Source of the DNA: Hydrolagus colliei | Lineage: Eukaryota | DNA: 64,000 nt | Direction: 5' to 3' | NCBI GenBank assembly: GCA_035084275.1 | Contig: CM068751.1 | Location: 5,084,001-5,148,000 of the forward strand | In this document: positions 62,844-64,000 of the stretch, in pieces | How the letters are laid out: every line of letters starts with the position of its first letter | How positions within the stretch are numbered: the first letter of the stretch is position 1 | Notes under the pieces: generated by a model | Told to the model about the DNA's origin: nothing | Seen by the model: only the letters and a program-made list of their open reading frames with translations | The model's database searches: none | Made by a program: the position numbers and the translations under genes

Positions 62844-64000
62844 TAATGTGTGTAATTAATTCAGGACAGTTGAATTCATTCCAATACCATTGGCAGGAAA
62901 GCTCAATCTGCCAGTTCTGTTGCTGCTTATGGTTCTCTTGACACAGACTTGCTGTCTGGATATGTATTATACTGAGGTGTAGTCTGTACCCAGCGCGTTG
63001 AGACGTCCTCTCGATGTGAAAGGTACTATACAAATGTCATTTTCATGTTGCTGTTGTACCCATACTGAGCTCTTTTATTTTTAAACATCCCACGGTTAAT
63101 CCAGTGGTTATGCTTAATGGTGCTTTTCTTTACCTTCAAGTACCTAAACACTGATTGAGTTGAGTAGCTGAAAGTTCACTCATGCCCAGTTCTCTGGTTT
63201 CAACTGCTGCTGTTTAAGCCGTGAGCTGGTCAGTTAAAGGCTCGCATTGGCATGTATCTACGCTGGCATCTATAGACGCTGGCGTTTCAGGTGTGCTACC
63301 CACTGTTCCAACCAAGTATGTGATGCTCTGCTCACAGCATTTTATTTTGAGTAGCTGAAATATCAGGTCATCAGAGAAACCTGTATTGAGACTAAAATAA
63401 AGCACATTTTTAAAATATAAGACCGAGTCTCATTTGATTTTGGGGGAAATATTAATATGACAGCCTAGTCATGTTCCAGTTGCCAATTTAATTTATTTTA
63501 TTGCACCAGTGATTTCTTCTTTATGCAATTTTACATATCTGGCAAATTCAGACTCTGGTGAGCTCTGAATTGTTATATTTGCATTTTTCACATTAAGGAT
63601 CCCTGCCTGCCTGCTTACTCAGTGCAGGGAAATAGGAGCTAAAAGGTCTCCCTACATCAATGGATCAAAGAGTCATGGGTATGAACTCTCTTCTCACCTC
63701 TCTAAGTGCAATGTGTGGGTGGGTAGGGGGGGTACTTTCTGCTGTTCTGCCATGTGTGTTTCCTCCTCAATCTTCTGCCCTGTTCCTTACCCTCACAGAA
63801 CTGATGTAGTTCATTAATTTACAAGCAAGCGTACTTAAATCCTACAAGTACCCTCTTATAAGAGAACCTTTTAAACCTTAGTAATAAAGGCAAGGATTTG
63901 TTGCTCTGCAATAATGGATTCAATATATTGACTATTGTAATCCAGATGTCAAAGGCTAAGGTTCCTTTCTTTGGTGGCAGCTATCTATATATATATATAT

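Noticed and set aside
63214-63405. Minus-strand ORF containing TCQCE as the missing exon 4
   Set aside because: It lacks the C..G(Y/F)(Y/F)K and CPPHS motifs and suitable splice sites. Exon 4 probably lies beyond the window.

Overview
This is vertebrate genomic DNA, not prokaryotic. The repeat content (a tRNA/Deu-domain SINE with an L2-type tail, shark-type CR1 3' ends and a Penelope-type hairpin) points to a cartilaginous fish, possibly a holocephalan; the taxon is an inference. The main content is the 3' two-thirds of one EphA-class receptor tyrosine kinase gene on the minus strand. I reconstructed 13 coding exons (equivalent to EphA4 exons 5-17) from 57422 to the stop at 16611. All have GT-AG boundaries and consistent phases, and they encode FN3-1, FN3-2, TM, juxtamembrane, an intact kinase, SAM and a C-terminal PDZ motif (IQV*). 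The shortened FN3-2 start and the TM/juxtamembrane sequence resemble, from memory, the zebrafish epha4l/Zek1 paralog more than mammalian EPHA4. Exons 1-4 appear to lie beyond the right edge. Bases 1 to about 12,000 are downstream intergenic DNA. The most striking non-coding structure is a family of three non-autonomous hAT elements (373, 901 and 1724 bp), each with a perfect 8-bp TSD and TATCGATA subterminal repeats. The two longer copies share a cargo with ZNF143-, YY1- and NRF1-like motifs, and the longest has grown a ~1.2-kb G-rich minisatellite inside the last intron. Almost all other ORFs in the supplied track look spurious.
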